From positions 28,086,001 through 28,150,000 of the forward strand of contig JAQFVV010000002.1 in assembly GCA_028023455.1 (NCBI GenBank): DNA of 64,000 bases. Reading direction: 5' to 3'. Positions 51,844 to 63,845 of the stretch are shown one piece after another. The stretch is from Epiperipatus broadwayi (Eukaryota > Animalia > Onychophora). Position 1 is the stretch's first letter. Each line of letters opens with the position of its first letter. The notes under the pieces are model-generated. The model made no database searches, was not told the DNA's origin, and saw only the letters and a list, made by a program, of their open reading frames with translations. A program made the position numbers and the translations under genes.

Positions 51844-53770
51844 CACCTGGGTCTCGTTTTATGCGGATTATTTTAATGCGATTTTGAAGTTATGCGATTC
51901 ATGTTTCTTCTTAATATCTTTCATATTTCACTATATTTATTAGATATCAAGAAATTTAAATTATTAATAACTTATTTTCACTTGAAATACTTTTTTTTTT
52001 TAAAAATATAACGTTATATTAGCAGCTAACGTGAATATGGCCAGAAGCTTCTATGTAAATAACTTATTTATACTAATGAGTAAATAATAATACAGTAATA
52101 ATAGATTTATACTTACATATAAAAATATCGCAATAAATATTCAAAAAAATTAAACTTTTAAAACGTAGTTTGTTATATATAACAGAAATAAATAATCTTT
52201 TAGATTTTTAAAATAAAAAACGAAGATTTTATAAACTGAAAATAATCTTTCTAATGATAATGTATAATCTTTTTGTTTTGATTGTGATTTCATTTTTTTA
52301 ATATAGAAACAGAAAACCATTAACACAGCATAATACTGGAAGTGGCACTAGTTGTATATCACATCACAAATAAAAATAAAGTGGCTAACAAGTTTCTCTG
52401 GGCATAATTGCTAAGAAATTCTTGATTTCATTTAAGGAGAAGCCACAATACATTACATCACATCACATCGAATCTGATTTCTTACCAGTTTACAAACGAA
52501 CGCTAGCGGTAATGATTAAAATATGTATGAAAAATGTAAAAATTAAATACACCTGGGTCTCTTTTTACGAGGACTTATTTAACACGATTTTGAAGTTACA
52601 CGATCATGTTTCACCGGAAGTCGACCTCCGAAAATGTGCTATTACTTTAAATAATAAATTTTGCGCACTTTCGTTATATTGAAAGTAATAGCACTTTATT
52701 GGAATTCGACTTTCATCTTAGTAATTTCAATATTTTCAGTGCTTTATAATAGTAAGATTTTATGCAATAATGAAATTAAAACCATGATTTCCACATTTTA
52801 TGTATACACAGATTAAATTTTACAAGATTATAATGTAAATTTGTTCAAACATTGTGCGTGTTAATTTTGCATTTTAAATCACATTCTATTTTTGCTTTTT
52901 AAAAAAGAATGTAATCAATTATTATTTTCTTATTAATGACACTAATCATTAATGTGCTCTTAAATTCCAACAAGAGCTAAATGGTTGTATGTCTGGATAT
53001 CGCGAGCTTCATAAACAATTAATAAAATCATCATCTCAAAGATTAATTACGTTGTCACCAGAAAATCATTAACACAACATGAGAGTGAAGTTGGTGCTAG
53101 TTGTATTTCCTCTTGAGAAGAATCTGATTTTTTTACCAGTTTGCAAACGAACCTGTTTATCAATAATAATTAAAACGTGTATAAAAAAATGTAAATTACT
53201 GTACTGTAAATTATACATAAAAATATATTATTTTGAATAAAATTAAATATTATAGTTAAAAAAAGTTTGTCTTGTATCAATTTTTTTCAAATTTGAAATT
53301 TTTTATTAGTCATATTTTATTTCCTTATTTTTTTTTTGCGCGAATTTTAAAGTAATTTTACGTTGGTGCTTTGCTTTTACGCGAATTTTGAAAAATCACA
53401 GACCGCATCCCCCCTTTTTCAATGTAAGTTACGTCTACTTTTGCGCGATTTCATTTGCGCATGTTTTCTGAGGAACCTATCTATCACATAAAACGAGACC
53501 CAGGTGTACTGTAGTTAATAAAAAAGTAAAAAAAGTTTGTCTTGTATTAATTTTTTCCAAATATTTGAAATTTTTTATTAGTCATATTTTATTTGCTTAT
53601 TTTTTTAATGCAAACTTTAAAGTAATTTTTCTTTGTTGCTTTGCTTTTATGCGAATTCCGAAAATTATAGCACATATCCCCCATTTTTCAAAGTAAATTA
53701 AGTCTATTTTTGTGCGATTTTTTTTAATGCGGGTTTTCTGTGGAACCTATCTACTATGTAAAACGAGACA
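51844..53770. mobile_element. pogo/Tigger-like non-autonomous complex with duplicated ends and a transposase C-terminal remnant
   Basis: TA-flanked TIRs cacctgggtctcgttttatg (51844) / cataaaacgagacccaggtg (to 53506). Extra termini at ~52551 and ~53770. ALKFQQELNGCMSGYRELHKQL at ~52960-53025. Confidence 0.75.
52378..52477 (+). mobile_element. Isolated LINE 3' end with (CATCA)n tail
   Basis: gtggctaacaagtttctctgggcataattgct...acatcacatcacatc matches 3825-3888. Confidence 0.75.
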
Positions 53771-54109
53771 GCCCTTGGACATGTAAAAATAATCATGATC
53801 TATAAGACTTGTATAAATCCTAGCTGGCTGTTCACATATTTGGAGGCCAGCTCTCTGCACTTGACATCACTGTGCATTCGGGCTATGTTCTACACCCAAT
53901 TATAAGTCCATGTGCACTGGTGAAGCTCCAAGAAAAGTGTCCTTTTCTTGATCCAATTTGCACTGAGTCTTCTCATTGTTTCCTGTCCTAATGCTGATTG
54001 ACTCCTAATCCTGTCCATGAGATAAGGTGATTACTTCTTTCACTGCTCACATGCTGGATACAAGAATTTGAACTATTATATATATATAACTAATATATAT
54101 CTGAGCACT

Positions 54110-54290
54110 TATAGCATATATGTGTAGAGATGGTAATCTGGTCCAACTGATGATTGCTGGTTTAGCATGAAATACGTATATTGGTGATTATTTATCTTTT
54201 CAACATATGTGTTCAAGTGTATCAGTGTTTAGTGTGGAGTGTGGTGGGTTGTGTGAAAGTCTGGGCTCATATACCATATATATTACATAT
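54110..54290 (+). mobile_element. Family D copy with an intact-core hammerhead at 54143-54184
   Basis: CCAA-CTGATGA-tTGCTG-gtt-TAGCAt-GAA-ATACGTAT-A-TTGG. Predicted cleavage after 54180. Confidence 0.75.
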
Positions 54291-54650
54291 ATAGATCCAG
54301 GTATATAATAAGCCTGTGTGTTTCAGTTATAACTAATTAATGAGTTATATTTAGCTTACAGTTTATTACCACGAATTGTCAAATTCCTTTGATTGTTCAA
54401 TATATCATTATCATACTGCATTTTTGATGATTTAATTGCTTTTATTTTTCTTGAAATTAATCTTTTTTCTAATCTTACAAAATTATAATTAAATTCTATT
54501 TCACTATTTTAAAAGAATATCTTTTAAAATTTCTATGATTCTTTTATAACTTAATATTTATTTCCATTTGAAATTTATACCTTTATATGTATGTGTATTT
54601 AAACGTATACATAAATATCAATTACACTTACATAAAAAAATTTTTTCATA

Positions 54651-55580
54651 CCACTAAACATCACATGATCACCATTTCTTATACTAGCACATAATTGTTG
54701 TAAACAAAGGCAAAACTCTTCATACAGTAAAGCCACCCTGTGCCAACCAGAGTAATCAATGGATGCCAGAAGTCTTGTGCATAAAATCCCTATCTAGTGC
54801 CTACTCATCCAATATCCCCAGACTAGTTTCTGGCTTGTGGCTATCATCAGTGAGGAGCCTTTGATCTGAGAGCACTGCACCTAGATCTTAAAATCTAATG
54901 CAACTCTCCAGCAGCCACCTTTTAACTCTACTAAGGTGGCTGCTGGAGGGTTGCATTAGATCCTAAGATCTAGGTGCAGTGCTCTCAGATCCAAGGCTTC
55001 TCACTGATGATGGCCACAAGCCAGAAACTAGTCTTGGGATACTTGGATGAGTAGGCACTAGATAGGGGTTTTATGCACAAGCCTTCTGGCATCCATTGAT
55101 TACTCTGGTTGGCACAGGGTGGCACTACTGAATGGAGAGTTTTGCCTTTGTTTACAACAATTATGTGCTAGTATAAGAGATGGTGATTGATGTTTAGTGG
55201 TATAACACCAATCCTGCCTAATAGGATAGTGGTGGCTATGGTTGTTTAAGAGCCAAAGATCCCAAAATGTATGGGTACTGAATTGAGTTCAGACCCATAT
55301 GACTATATAAGCTATTGAACTTAGATTGAAAATATTATTGTTTTCAATTTCATTCTCATAGTTTTGTAGTAGAGTTAAAAGGTGGCTGCTGGAGGGTTGC
55401 ATTAGATCCTAAGATCTAGGTGCAGTTCTCTCAGATCCAAGGCTCCTCACTGATGATGGCCACAAGCCAGAAACTAGTCTGGGGATATTGGATGAGTAGG
55501 CACTAGATAGGGATTTTATGCACAGGCCTTCTGGCATCCATTGATTACTCTCGTTGGCACAGGGTGGCACTACTGTATGA
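54651..55580. mobile_element. Family A foldback insertion, copy 6 (~285-nt minus + ~645-nt plus)
   Basis: ggtggctgctggagggttgcattagatcc at 54935 and 55381 (period 446). Imperfect aattttttcat TSD-like flanks. Confidence 0.93.
55444..55485 (+). ncRNA. Intact minimal type I hammerhead ribozyme of family A
   Basis: TCCTCA-CTGATGA-TGGC-cacaa-GCCA-GAA-ACTAGT-C-TGGGGA. Palindromic helix III. Predicted GUC cleavage after 55479. Confidence 0.85.
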
Positions 55581-56706
55581 GAATTTTTTTTTTCATCCAA
55601 TCTCACTACGTTTATGCCATCTAGTATAATGCTAGTTGTGATTAATAAATTCTTATTCAGCGCTAACTGGCATCTACTGATTACTAAAGCTTATACGAGA
55701 TCGCATGAGCGTAGTGAAATCCCGGGTTTTAGATTGCTAATAGATAGAAAATGCGAAAGTAAAGATCATGTGATGTCTAGTTCATCATGGGATAAAAACA
55801 AGTTATAAATCTGTTAGCAAAGCAAGAAGAGTACAACGGATAATGAATCATAAAAAAAAACACTCCAGTAAAAACATGACATTATGCACTCTCCCAGGAA
55901 TAAATAACAGGACTTGATATAATATTACATTTTTATAATTTTTTGTAATTTTCAATATACATATGTGAGTCATATTGTATAACTAAGATACCACTAACTC
56001 ATTTCATCCAGTATTAGTAATGACAAACCATTATACTTTTGCGTAAACTGTTTTAGAAATCTACCACTATAGAGATAAACATTTTTATTTATTCCGAATC
56101 TGTTCTATTTTCTTTCGTTATATTAAACACCGTACAACTGTTATAACTATATAATTATAAGAATAGAATAATTGGAATATATGATTTTAAAAAATGTAAA
56201 TACATAAGAAATAATATACATAATTACATTTTTAAAAACATAATGCAGTTCATAAATAAAGTGAATTCTAATTATAAACTACGTTATATGACTTTTATAA
56301 AAGCTTATTTCAAAAATAGGTAAAAAACTAATTGTTTTTGATATTAATTATAAAAAATCCGGAATTAAAATATTATTAAAATATATATATATTTTCTATT
56401 TTCAAAAAATAATATGTTTTAGAAACAAAATAAGTATACAAACCTTGAGCTCAAGGTATTTTTTTCATTTTATAATTCAGTCGCAAGAGGTCGGTCAAAT
56501 ACAAAACAAAAAAATAAAATTGAAAGTGTTCGTTTTTTCATAATTTTTGTTCACAACATTGCAAATTTTTCCCCCAGTAAATAAACTTGTATTATTCCAA
56601 AATATAAACGAAAACGTTTTTAATTATACAGCAAATATAAATATTTTTCCTATTTAATGTAAAATTTTAATTAAACTTTTATACTTTTAGTGTTTCAAAA
56701 TCAAGA

Positions 56707-57238
56707 TTGATTGACGAATATTCTAATAAATGCTCCACAAACCTTGATCCTCTGTGTAAATTGTGTCAAACAGACGATGAAACTCTAAATCACTTGCTTT
56801 ACATCTGTCTCTTTCTTGCTCCACTGCGATCTCTAATTGTGGACGGTGTGTCTTTTGATATAAAGAATGTGCTATCTATCAAGAGAGCCATGAAGAATGG
56901 CACTATTAGACTTGCTATCTTCTTGCTTTTCTCAGTTTGGCTCACGAGATGCAAATATCTTTTCTCCCATACCAACCACAACATTGGTCAAGTCTATACT
57001 GACATAATTGGCAGGATCAGGGACAGAGACAAGCTGCTGACATCTCGTTCTTTGTTTAGGGACACCTGGTATAAGTTCACTTTAAACAAGGGCTAAACAC
57101 CTCATGTTTAATATAGACTTTTTATTGCCTCAGGTATATTTTGTTGTAAACAATGTCATTTCTCTTTGTTTATAATAATTCTATCTAAATTTTAAGAATC
57201 TCGTGTATAATTCATTTTTTTTAATAATAAAAAAAAAG
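56707..57238 (+). mobile_element. 5'-truncated Tx1/L1 3' end, related to 7736-13695
   Basis: CKLCQTDDETLNHLLYIC...RDRDKLL...LFRDTW parallels 13200-13530. A-rich tail at ~57225-57238. Confidence 0.85.
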
Positions 57239-57529
57239 ATATGGAAAATAAATGTTAAAATTTAATAATAATTAAACAAAAAAAAAAATTGTAACTTTTT
57301 TTTTTATGCCACATACATTAAATAAGAAATTCCTCAAATCTTTGCATGTAGAAAAATTAAAATATCACGACTTAATTTAATAGTAATATAAGAACTATTT
57401 CCATCATCTACAAAACATTGAAAAATTTAATTTAAATTTTTCAAATGCAATTCATCTGTTAGTGATAGCACACAAGTTAATATACAAACCAACATTTCTA
57501 CTGTTATTATTTCTTTTCTTCAGTTGTTT

Positions 57530-57610
57530 TGTTACTAGTATGGGGATCGAACCTGGACCTTTAGATTCGTGTATATTGAATTTAAGGTGATGTTCTAATC
57601 AACGACTATT
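57530..57610 (-). mobile_element. tRNA-derived SINE head fragment
   Basis: B box ggttcgatcccca on the minus strand (57541-57553) with a degenerate A-box region upstream. Not an intact cloverleaf. Confidence 0.5.
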
Positions 57611-57646
57611 TTTCTAAAGTCAACAGTTAATATTTCATATACTTAC

Positions 57647-57679
57647 CTATAAGGATTCTTATGATTTCTCCATTTTCCC
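57647..57679 (-). CDS. Putative 33-nt exon (GENGEIIRILI or GKWRNHKNPY depending on phase)
   Basis: Strong ttgttcttag acceptor and a perfect AG/GTAAGT donor. Coding status is unknown. Confidence 0.4.
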
Positions 57680-58022
57680 CTAAGAACAAGTTTAATTAGT
57701 AACTTCTGGATATTATATATTATCACTCTAAATTAAATTACTGTATATGGTTATTTGACGCTGGATATGACAGTCTCATTGAATTTTCTTCTTAGTACTT
57801 TTTTCTTTCTAACTAATATTTTTATATTTTCTCAATTGAGCAAGCTGATAATTAAAAAAAAAGAGAGAGAAATCAATTGTATCTAAAGTAGTTCACAATG
57901 TATGTACCAATGAACAAAAGTTTGATTGGCAAAATATAAAAATATTGGATAGACAGCCAAAAGTACGAAGAATAAAATTTAAAAAAGCTGCTCGCATGTC
58001 AAGGATAAATAACCCTTTAAGT

Positions 58023-58203
58023 CAGTGGCTCTCAACCTTCCTAATACCATGACTCTTTAATACGTTCCTTATGTTGTGGTGAATCCCAATCTTTAATTTT
58101 CTACTGTTATGAATCGGAAATGTGCTTTCCAATGGTCTTAGGTAACTGTGAAAAGATTGTTTGACCCTCAAAGGGGTCGCGACCCACAGGTTGAGAACCA
58201 CTG
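58023..58203. mobile_element. SPIN/URR1-like hAT MITE
   Basis: TIRs cagtggctctcaacc / ggttgagaaccactg and 8-bp TSD ctttaagt. The interior follows the URR1/SPIN non-autonomous consensus as I recall it (caaccttcctaat...ttgtggtga...ggtcttagg...aaggggtcgcgacccacaggttgagaacc). Confidence 0.85.
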
Positions 58204-58949
58204 CTTTAAGTCAACATAAATGTCTGGAAGCCACTAATTAATATTGATTTTAGAAAAAGGTGTGGTATCTTAAATTCTATATTTAAAATTTTAAAGGTTC
58301 TGGCTCAGTTCTTATGCAAATATTGTTACTGATCAGGTCAGCAACAACTGAAGATGGTAACAGAATAATACCACTTAAAATGTGCTATACACTAACTTGT
58401 GTGATATTAGTAATAATTCAATTATATTTGAAAAGTTTAAAGGAAATTTGATTTTTTAAAAAATGTTCAACATTTAATATTAGAGAAATAGTCCAGCATA
58501 TAATTTAAATGCCATCATTATAAACTTTCAAACAAATGCTAAGTATTCAGTATAAATCTGATACTATATCAAGCTTTAGATATAATGAAATATTATGTCT
58601 GAACTGATCACAATAGAAATTAACCTTACGTAAATCTGAAGAGATTGTTCCTAAGGATTTGCAACCAAAACTTCCAACTCCTACCTAGAGAGATCAGAAA
58701 ATTATTCAGAAAATGAGGTTCTTTTAAGACAAATAATAAATGCTCAAAGATTTTAAAGTGCTAAACCTTACATTCCATTGGTAATATAGAATATTTTCTA
58801 AAAATATAACTTACCGATAAAGAAAGAGATCACAAGTGTTTTTCAAGTAACATGAAAATCATACTCTAAGCAATATGGGGGTGGGAGCATAAAAAAAAAG
58901 AACTTGGAAACTTACATGAGCACATCAAAAGTCATATCAAACAACCTAT

Positions 58950-59303
58950 CAGTATGGAGAAGTATGGAGAGATGCATGTTGGGAGTAACAAGAAGAGATT
59001 GAAAATGCAATGTATGGGTAAGAGAACAAACAAGTGTTACTGACCTCATTGAAAAAATTAAGACTGAAGTGGAGTTGGGCTGGACATATTGCTAAAAGAG
59101 ATGATAATAGATGGAGAATTGAAATTTTAAACTGAATTCCAAGAGATTGTAAAAGACCTAGAAAGAGACCACATGTGAGATGGATAAATGAAATAAGAAA
59201 GTGTGCAGGGGTGTTGTGGAAAAGAGAAGCTAAAGATAGGAAAAATAGATTGAACTTGGAGAGACATTCGTCCTGCAGGGGATTGATAATGGTTGATGAT
59301 GAT
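58950..59303 (+). mobile_element. RTE-clade LINE 3' fragment
   Basis: MERCMLGV...KWSWAGHI...RPRKRPHVRW, ending in a (tga)n tail. Confidence 0.85.
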
Positions 59304-61524
59304 CAGTTTTATCAATTAAAAATTTTAATTCTAAACATCTAAGAGATGCTGACATTTTTGTTCTGGAAAAAAGACTAAATTTTGCAATCACACTATCTAA
59401 TATCCCTTTATTAGATATAATGGCAGCCACTGAGGAAGTCATTACAAAATTCCCTCTAGAAGAAGCAGTAGAATTATGCTGGAGAATAAAAAGATCATTT
59501 GAGAGATATCAACAACTGAAACCAAATATTTCTATGATGAGAAGAAAGTTATTAAATTTCCCAAACTAGATAAATCCATAATCATTCTACCTGCTGACAA
59601 AGGCAATACTACAGTTGTAATGAATACAATTGATTATAATAAGAAAATATTAACACCCCTCACAGTAGTCAAGTACAAAAAAGTGGCAAAAATCTGATAC
59701 CGACTACAGAAACAATGTTACAACTGTTTCTCAGAAAACATTTCAGATACTTCCCTAATTCAGAAAAAAGTAAATTAACATCATATTTTAGCAAAATTCC
59801 TCATCTTAAGGTCTATTTAAAATCCATAAAGACAAAAACTATTGTAAGTCAGAAATTAACCTTGCTAAAATTTGTCAAGATTTCTTCTCAAAGTTCTTAA
59901 ATTCTTTGACATATAAGACACAACCTTTGTGAGTGATTCTAAGTACTTTGTAAAATTAATCAAGAACATGAAAATTGAAAACAAAACCCATAGTATATTG
60001 GTAGGGAAGTTAAATGCACCAGTGATAAAGCATTGACTACTGTAGGTAAAAGAAATGATGATTTAGCTTACAAATCAAAACAATGTTCTCTATATTTAGT
60101 ATAATGGAATTACTAATATTCTACATAGCAATAATGTACGTTCACTATAACATTAAATTCTTCTAACAAAACCATGGGATGGTTATGGGTTCACTATTTC
60201 CATCCCTGATTACCAACATGTACATGGAAGAACTTTGAATCACAGTCATAAATACTAACTACTACACATCCACAAAAAGTTAGGCTTTACTATGACAATA
60301 ATGTATTTGCTACATGGCTGCATAGCAAAGCACAATTACAAACATTCTGAACAGACATCAATAACATATTTCTTGCAATAAATTCACAATTAAATCAGAA
60401 TAAGAACAGAAGTTGGTATTCTTAGATGTTCTTGTAACAAGACTCTTACAGCAAAATTGCAGTTTACAGAAAACCCATGCACACACATGCTTAGTGTATA
60501 TTTCCAATCACACCAGAAAAATGAAATATGGGGGTATATTATCTCAATAGAACAGCAAAAAGAGTTAATTAAGAAAACAGTGATTTGGGAAAAATAAAAG
60601 ATTTACATAGAACAAACTATTATCCATCAGTTGTCATTAAGAAAACCTTAATTAGGCAACAGAAATATATAAAAAAAATCCATTTGTTATTATGGTAGTA
60701 CATTCATATTTACCACAATAATAGACAAAGTAAATCTGCAATCAATATAGCATCAGAACAGCTTTCTAAAGCCATATCCCACTATGAGGGATTCTAATGT
60801 CTACAAAACCTAAAATTGAAATGCTGAAAAACAAAAACAGTACCTATGAAATATGTGAATGTGGAAATATATATATTGGTGAGATTGACCACACCATTGA
60901 AAAGTGTTGTAAAGTTCAATAATGATTAGAAAACAGAAGTAGCTAAAGTAGCAGCCCATGTATATATTAATGAACATGTTTGGTTGAGAAAATATAAAAT
61001 ATTTGACAGAGAGAAAAAAGCTCAAATAAGAAAATTCAAAGAAGCTGTTCACATGACAATGGTAAATAACTTCATAAATCAACCTAATGTGATAAAATGT
61101 AATGTCTGGAAGTCGCTTAGGAAAAAATAAGAAGATCCTCCTAGATAAGTATACAAAATTTCTACTAACTGTTGGTTTTAGTAGAATAGTCTGGTTAGTT
61201 AGAATGTCACAGTAAATTCAGTATTCATGAATCTAAAATTCCAGGTTAGATTATTAAACTAGTACTGTCACTGACCAGTCCAGGAATATCTAAAGAAGAC
61301 AAGAGTATAATTCTACTTAAATGTGTTATGTACCAATCTGCGCATTAGTACTGCCAGTTGAATTGTATTGAAAAGTTTAAATAAAGTTTAACATTTTTTA
61401 TACATTCTACATTCATTCAAGGATGATGGAAATAGTCCAACATATCACATGTAATAATATACCATCATCACAAACTTTCAGGCAAATGATTTACTTTACT
61501 TTCTAATAATCCATTGTCAGCATA

Positions 61525-61617
61525 TTTATTAAAACAGGCAAAACTCTCCATACAGTAATGCCACTCAGGGCAAGTCAGAGTAATCAATGGACGATCATGT
61601 GATGTTTGGTGGTTTAA
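61525..61617. mobile_element. Family A foldback insertion, copy 7 (minimal: ~65-nt minus + ~27-nt plus)
   Basis: 9-bp TSD gtcagcata (61516-61524 and 61618-61626). Confidence 0.8.
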
Positions 61618-62745
61618 GTCAGCATAGTCTAAAACATAAAATCCCAAAGTAAGTAAACTATACTCATGCAAGCTATGAATAAATAGTTTCTTTACATTAG
61701 GTGATAAAAACTGTAATGGAACCCATCTATTCTTTCAACTTATGATAATAGTCTTGTTTTGTTAACACTATTGAAAATTCAGAATGAAAATACTATTTAG
61801 CCAAATGTAAATATGGTGTTAGTAATTTTGAACTTATAATCAATTGAACAGAGAGCAAACTGAATTTCACTTGCAGTATCATTTGTGGTAATAATTAAAT
61901 AAAAGTTAATAATTATATTTCTATTCTCAATTTCTGGCAGGGTTGCTAAAATCAGAACTTATGTTGTGAACTCATCCTAAGCCTACTATCAAATAATGGA
62001 CTTGTCCAGATTACAATGTTATCAACATTGGTTTGAATATATAATACAATTGACCAATGAAATGACAGTGAAGAAAAATAAATTAGTTAATGGCATAAAT
62101 AGGCCAATTTGAGGAGCTAGGTTAGTGAATCTGATTGTTTTTAGTAGTTAAAGGACTCTCATTATATATTGAAAGTCTATTTGAGAAAATACTCAGATAA
62201 CTGTCAGATATCAGATGATAGTAAACTAGTTGTGCATTATTTGATAGAATATAGCAAAGAATGTGCAAGCCTGAAGTAGAAAGTTCCAGATACTGACATC
62301 ATTGTACCCATATCTGAGACAAGGCACTAATGGTCTGCAAAAAAATCAGATTCAATGGAAGAGTTAATTGTTTAAGATTTACTATTACAGTATTTGATTA
62401 TCACTACATATATAAATTAGCATTTTTGGTTTATCTTAAAGGATTTTTTAATTTTCAATGTTTACTTTTTTTGTTCCCGCACTTTTTTTTGATAGTAGCA
62501 CCTTAGGCTATTTAATGTGATGTTTTCCCACACTTTTTTTTAAGTGTAGTGCCTTAGGTGATTTATTTTTTTGAAAACTAAATGTTTCTAGTTGATGTCA
62601 TTTATCGCTTGCATGTGCCATCAGTGTTTTTGTGTGTTTTCAAATTCAAAATGGCCGTCGAGCACTACTATATCAGCACCAACTTTTCTTAGAGGCTTTT
62701 CTATATGTAATGATAGAAATAGTAGACTTTTCTCCAAAAAATGTT

Positions 62746-62984
62746 GGAAATAGGGATATTGAAATTAATATTTACTAAGGCAATAAACCTCAAGAATGTG
62801 CGCTTAAAAATGTGAAGGTAGGGACCTCTACAGGTCTTAACCACAAGCTTACGCTATGGAAGAATGGAAATAGTGTTATTGAAATTAATATTTACTAAGG
62901 CAATAAACCTCAAGAATGTGCGCTTGAAAATGTGAAGGTGGGGGCCTCTACAGGTCTTAACCACAAGCTTACACTATGGAAGAA
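62746..62984 (+). repeat. 120-bp direct tandem duplication
   Basis: tggaaatag...ctatggaagaa at 62746 and 62866, nearly identical. Confidence 0.9.
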
Positions 62985-63104
62985 AAGAGGGGAATTATAA
63001 ACTCAAATGGCCTGCTATTATTAAATTTTTGCATGATATGTGGATTTACCATTACAAATACTTTGTTTATGCATTAAAATTGATATAAAATATATACATA
63101 TTCC

Positions 63105-63845
63105 AGTTTGTAAAACAAACTTAACAAGCTTTGAAAATACCCTCAACCCCAGATCAGTTTTTGCATCTAGCATCATCAGTGAGGTGCCAGAGTATTCATT
63201 AGATTAAAAATACTAGGACTAGCCCAGCACTTTATCTAATGTATAACTATTGAGAAAAAAATCTGAAACTTTCAGACACCATATGTCTAAAAAATCCAGC
63301 TATCTAACTCAAATAGCCACATGGGACTGAATTAAGTTTAGATACACCATATATTAATAGCTCTAGCAATATAAAATCGCCAACGCCTTAATAGCAAAAA
63401 ATAAAATGATAAAAAATAAGTCAGATGTCACACGACCTAATTTTAATAAAGCTCGTATTTACAAACATTATATATAGAATTTGCAAAACAAACTCTTAAC
63501 AAGCTTTGAGAATACTCTCAATCCCAGATCAGTTTCTGCATCTAGCATTGTTAGTTCAGTCCCATATGGCTATTTAAGTTAGATAGCTGGATTTTTAAAC
63601 ATATGGATGTCTGAAAGTTTCAGATTTTCTTCTCAATAGTTATACATTAGATAAAGTGCTGTGCTAGTCCTCTATTTTTAATCTAATGAATACTCTGGCA
63701 CCTCACTGATGATGCTAGATGCAGAAGCCAATGGTATTCTCAAAGCTTGTTAAGAGTTTGTTTTGCAAACTCTATATATAACGTTCGTAAATACGAGTTT
63801 TATTAAAATTAGGTCATGTGATATCTGACTTGATTTTTTATCATT
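63105..63845. mobile_element. Family C hammerhead-containing foldback insertion (~373-nt unit)
   Basis: Minus arm ~63105-63548 (period 373) and plus arm ~63549-63845. Short TSD-like atattcc flanks. Consensus CCTCA-CTGATGA-TGC-tagat-GCA-GAAACTGATC-TGGG. Confidence 0.8.

Larger units (their letters stand above)
57870..61400 (+). mobile_element. Degraded Penelope-like element (lineage 3) with a partial-tandem pLTR structure, interrupted by a SPIN-like MITE and an RTE fragment
   Basis: Upstream partial copy FDWQNIKILD...NVWKPL (57920-58235), ILPADKGNTTVVMN (~59582-59625), GMVMGS (~60177), CECGNIYIGE (~60853-60882). pLTR homology between 58325-58440 and 61265-61385. Confidence 0.85.
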
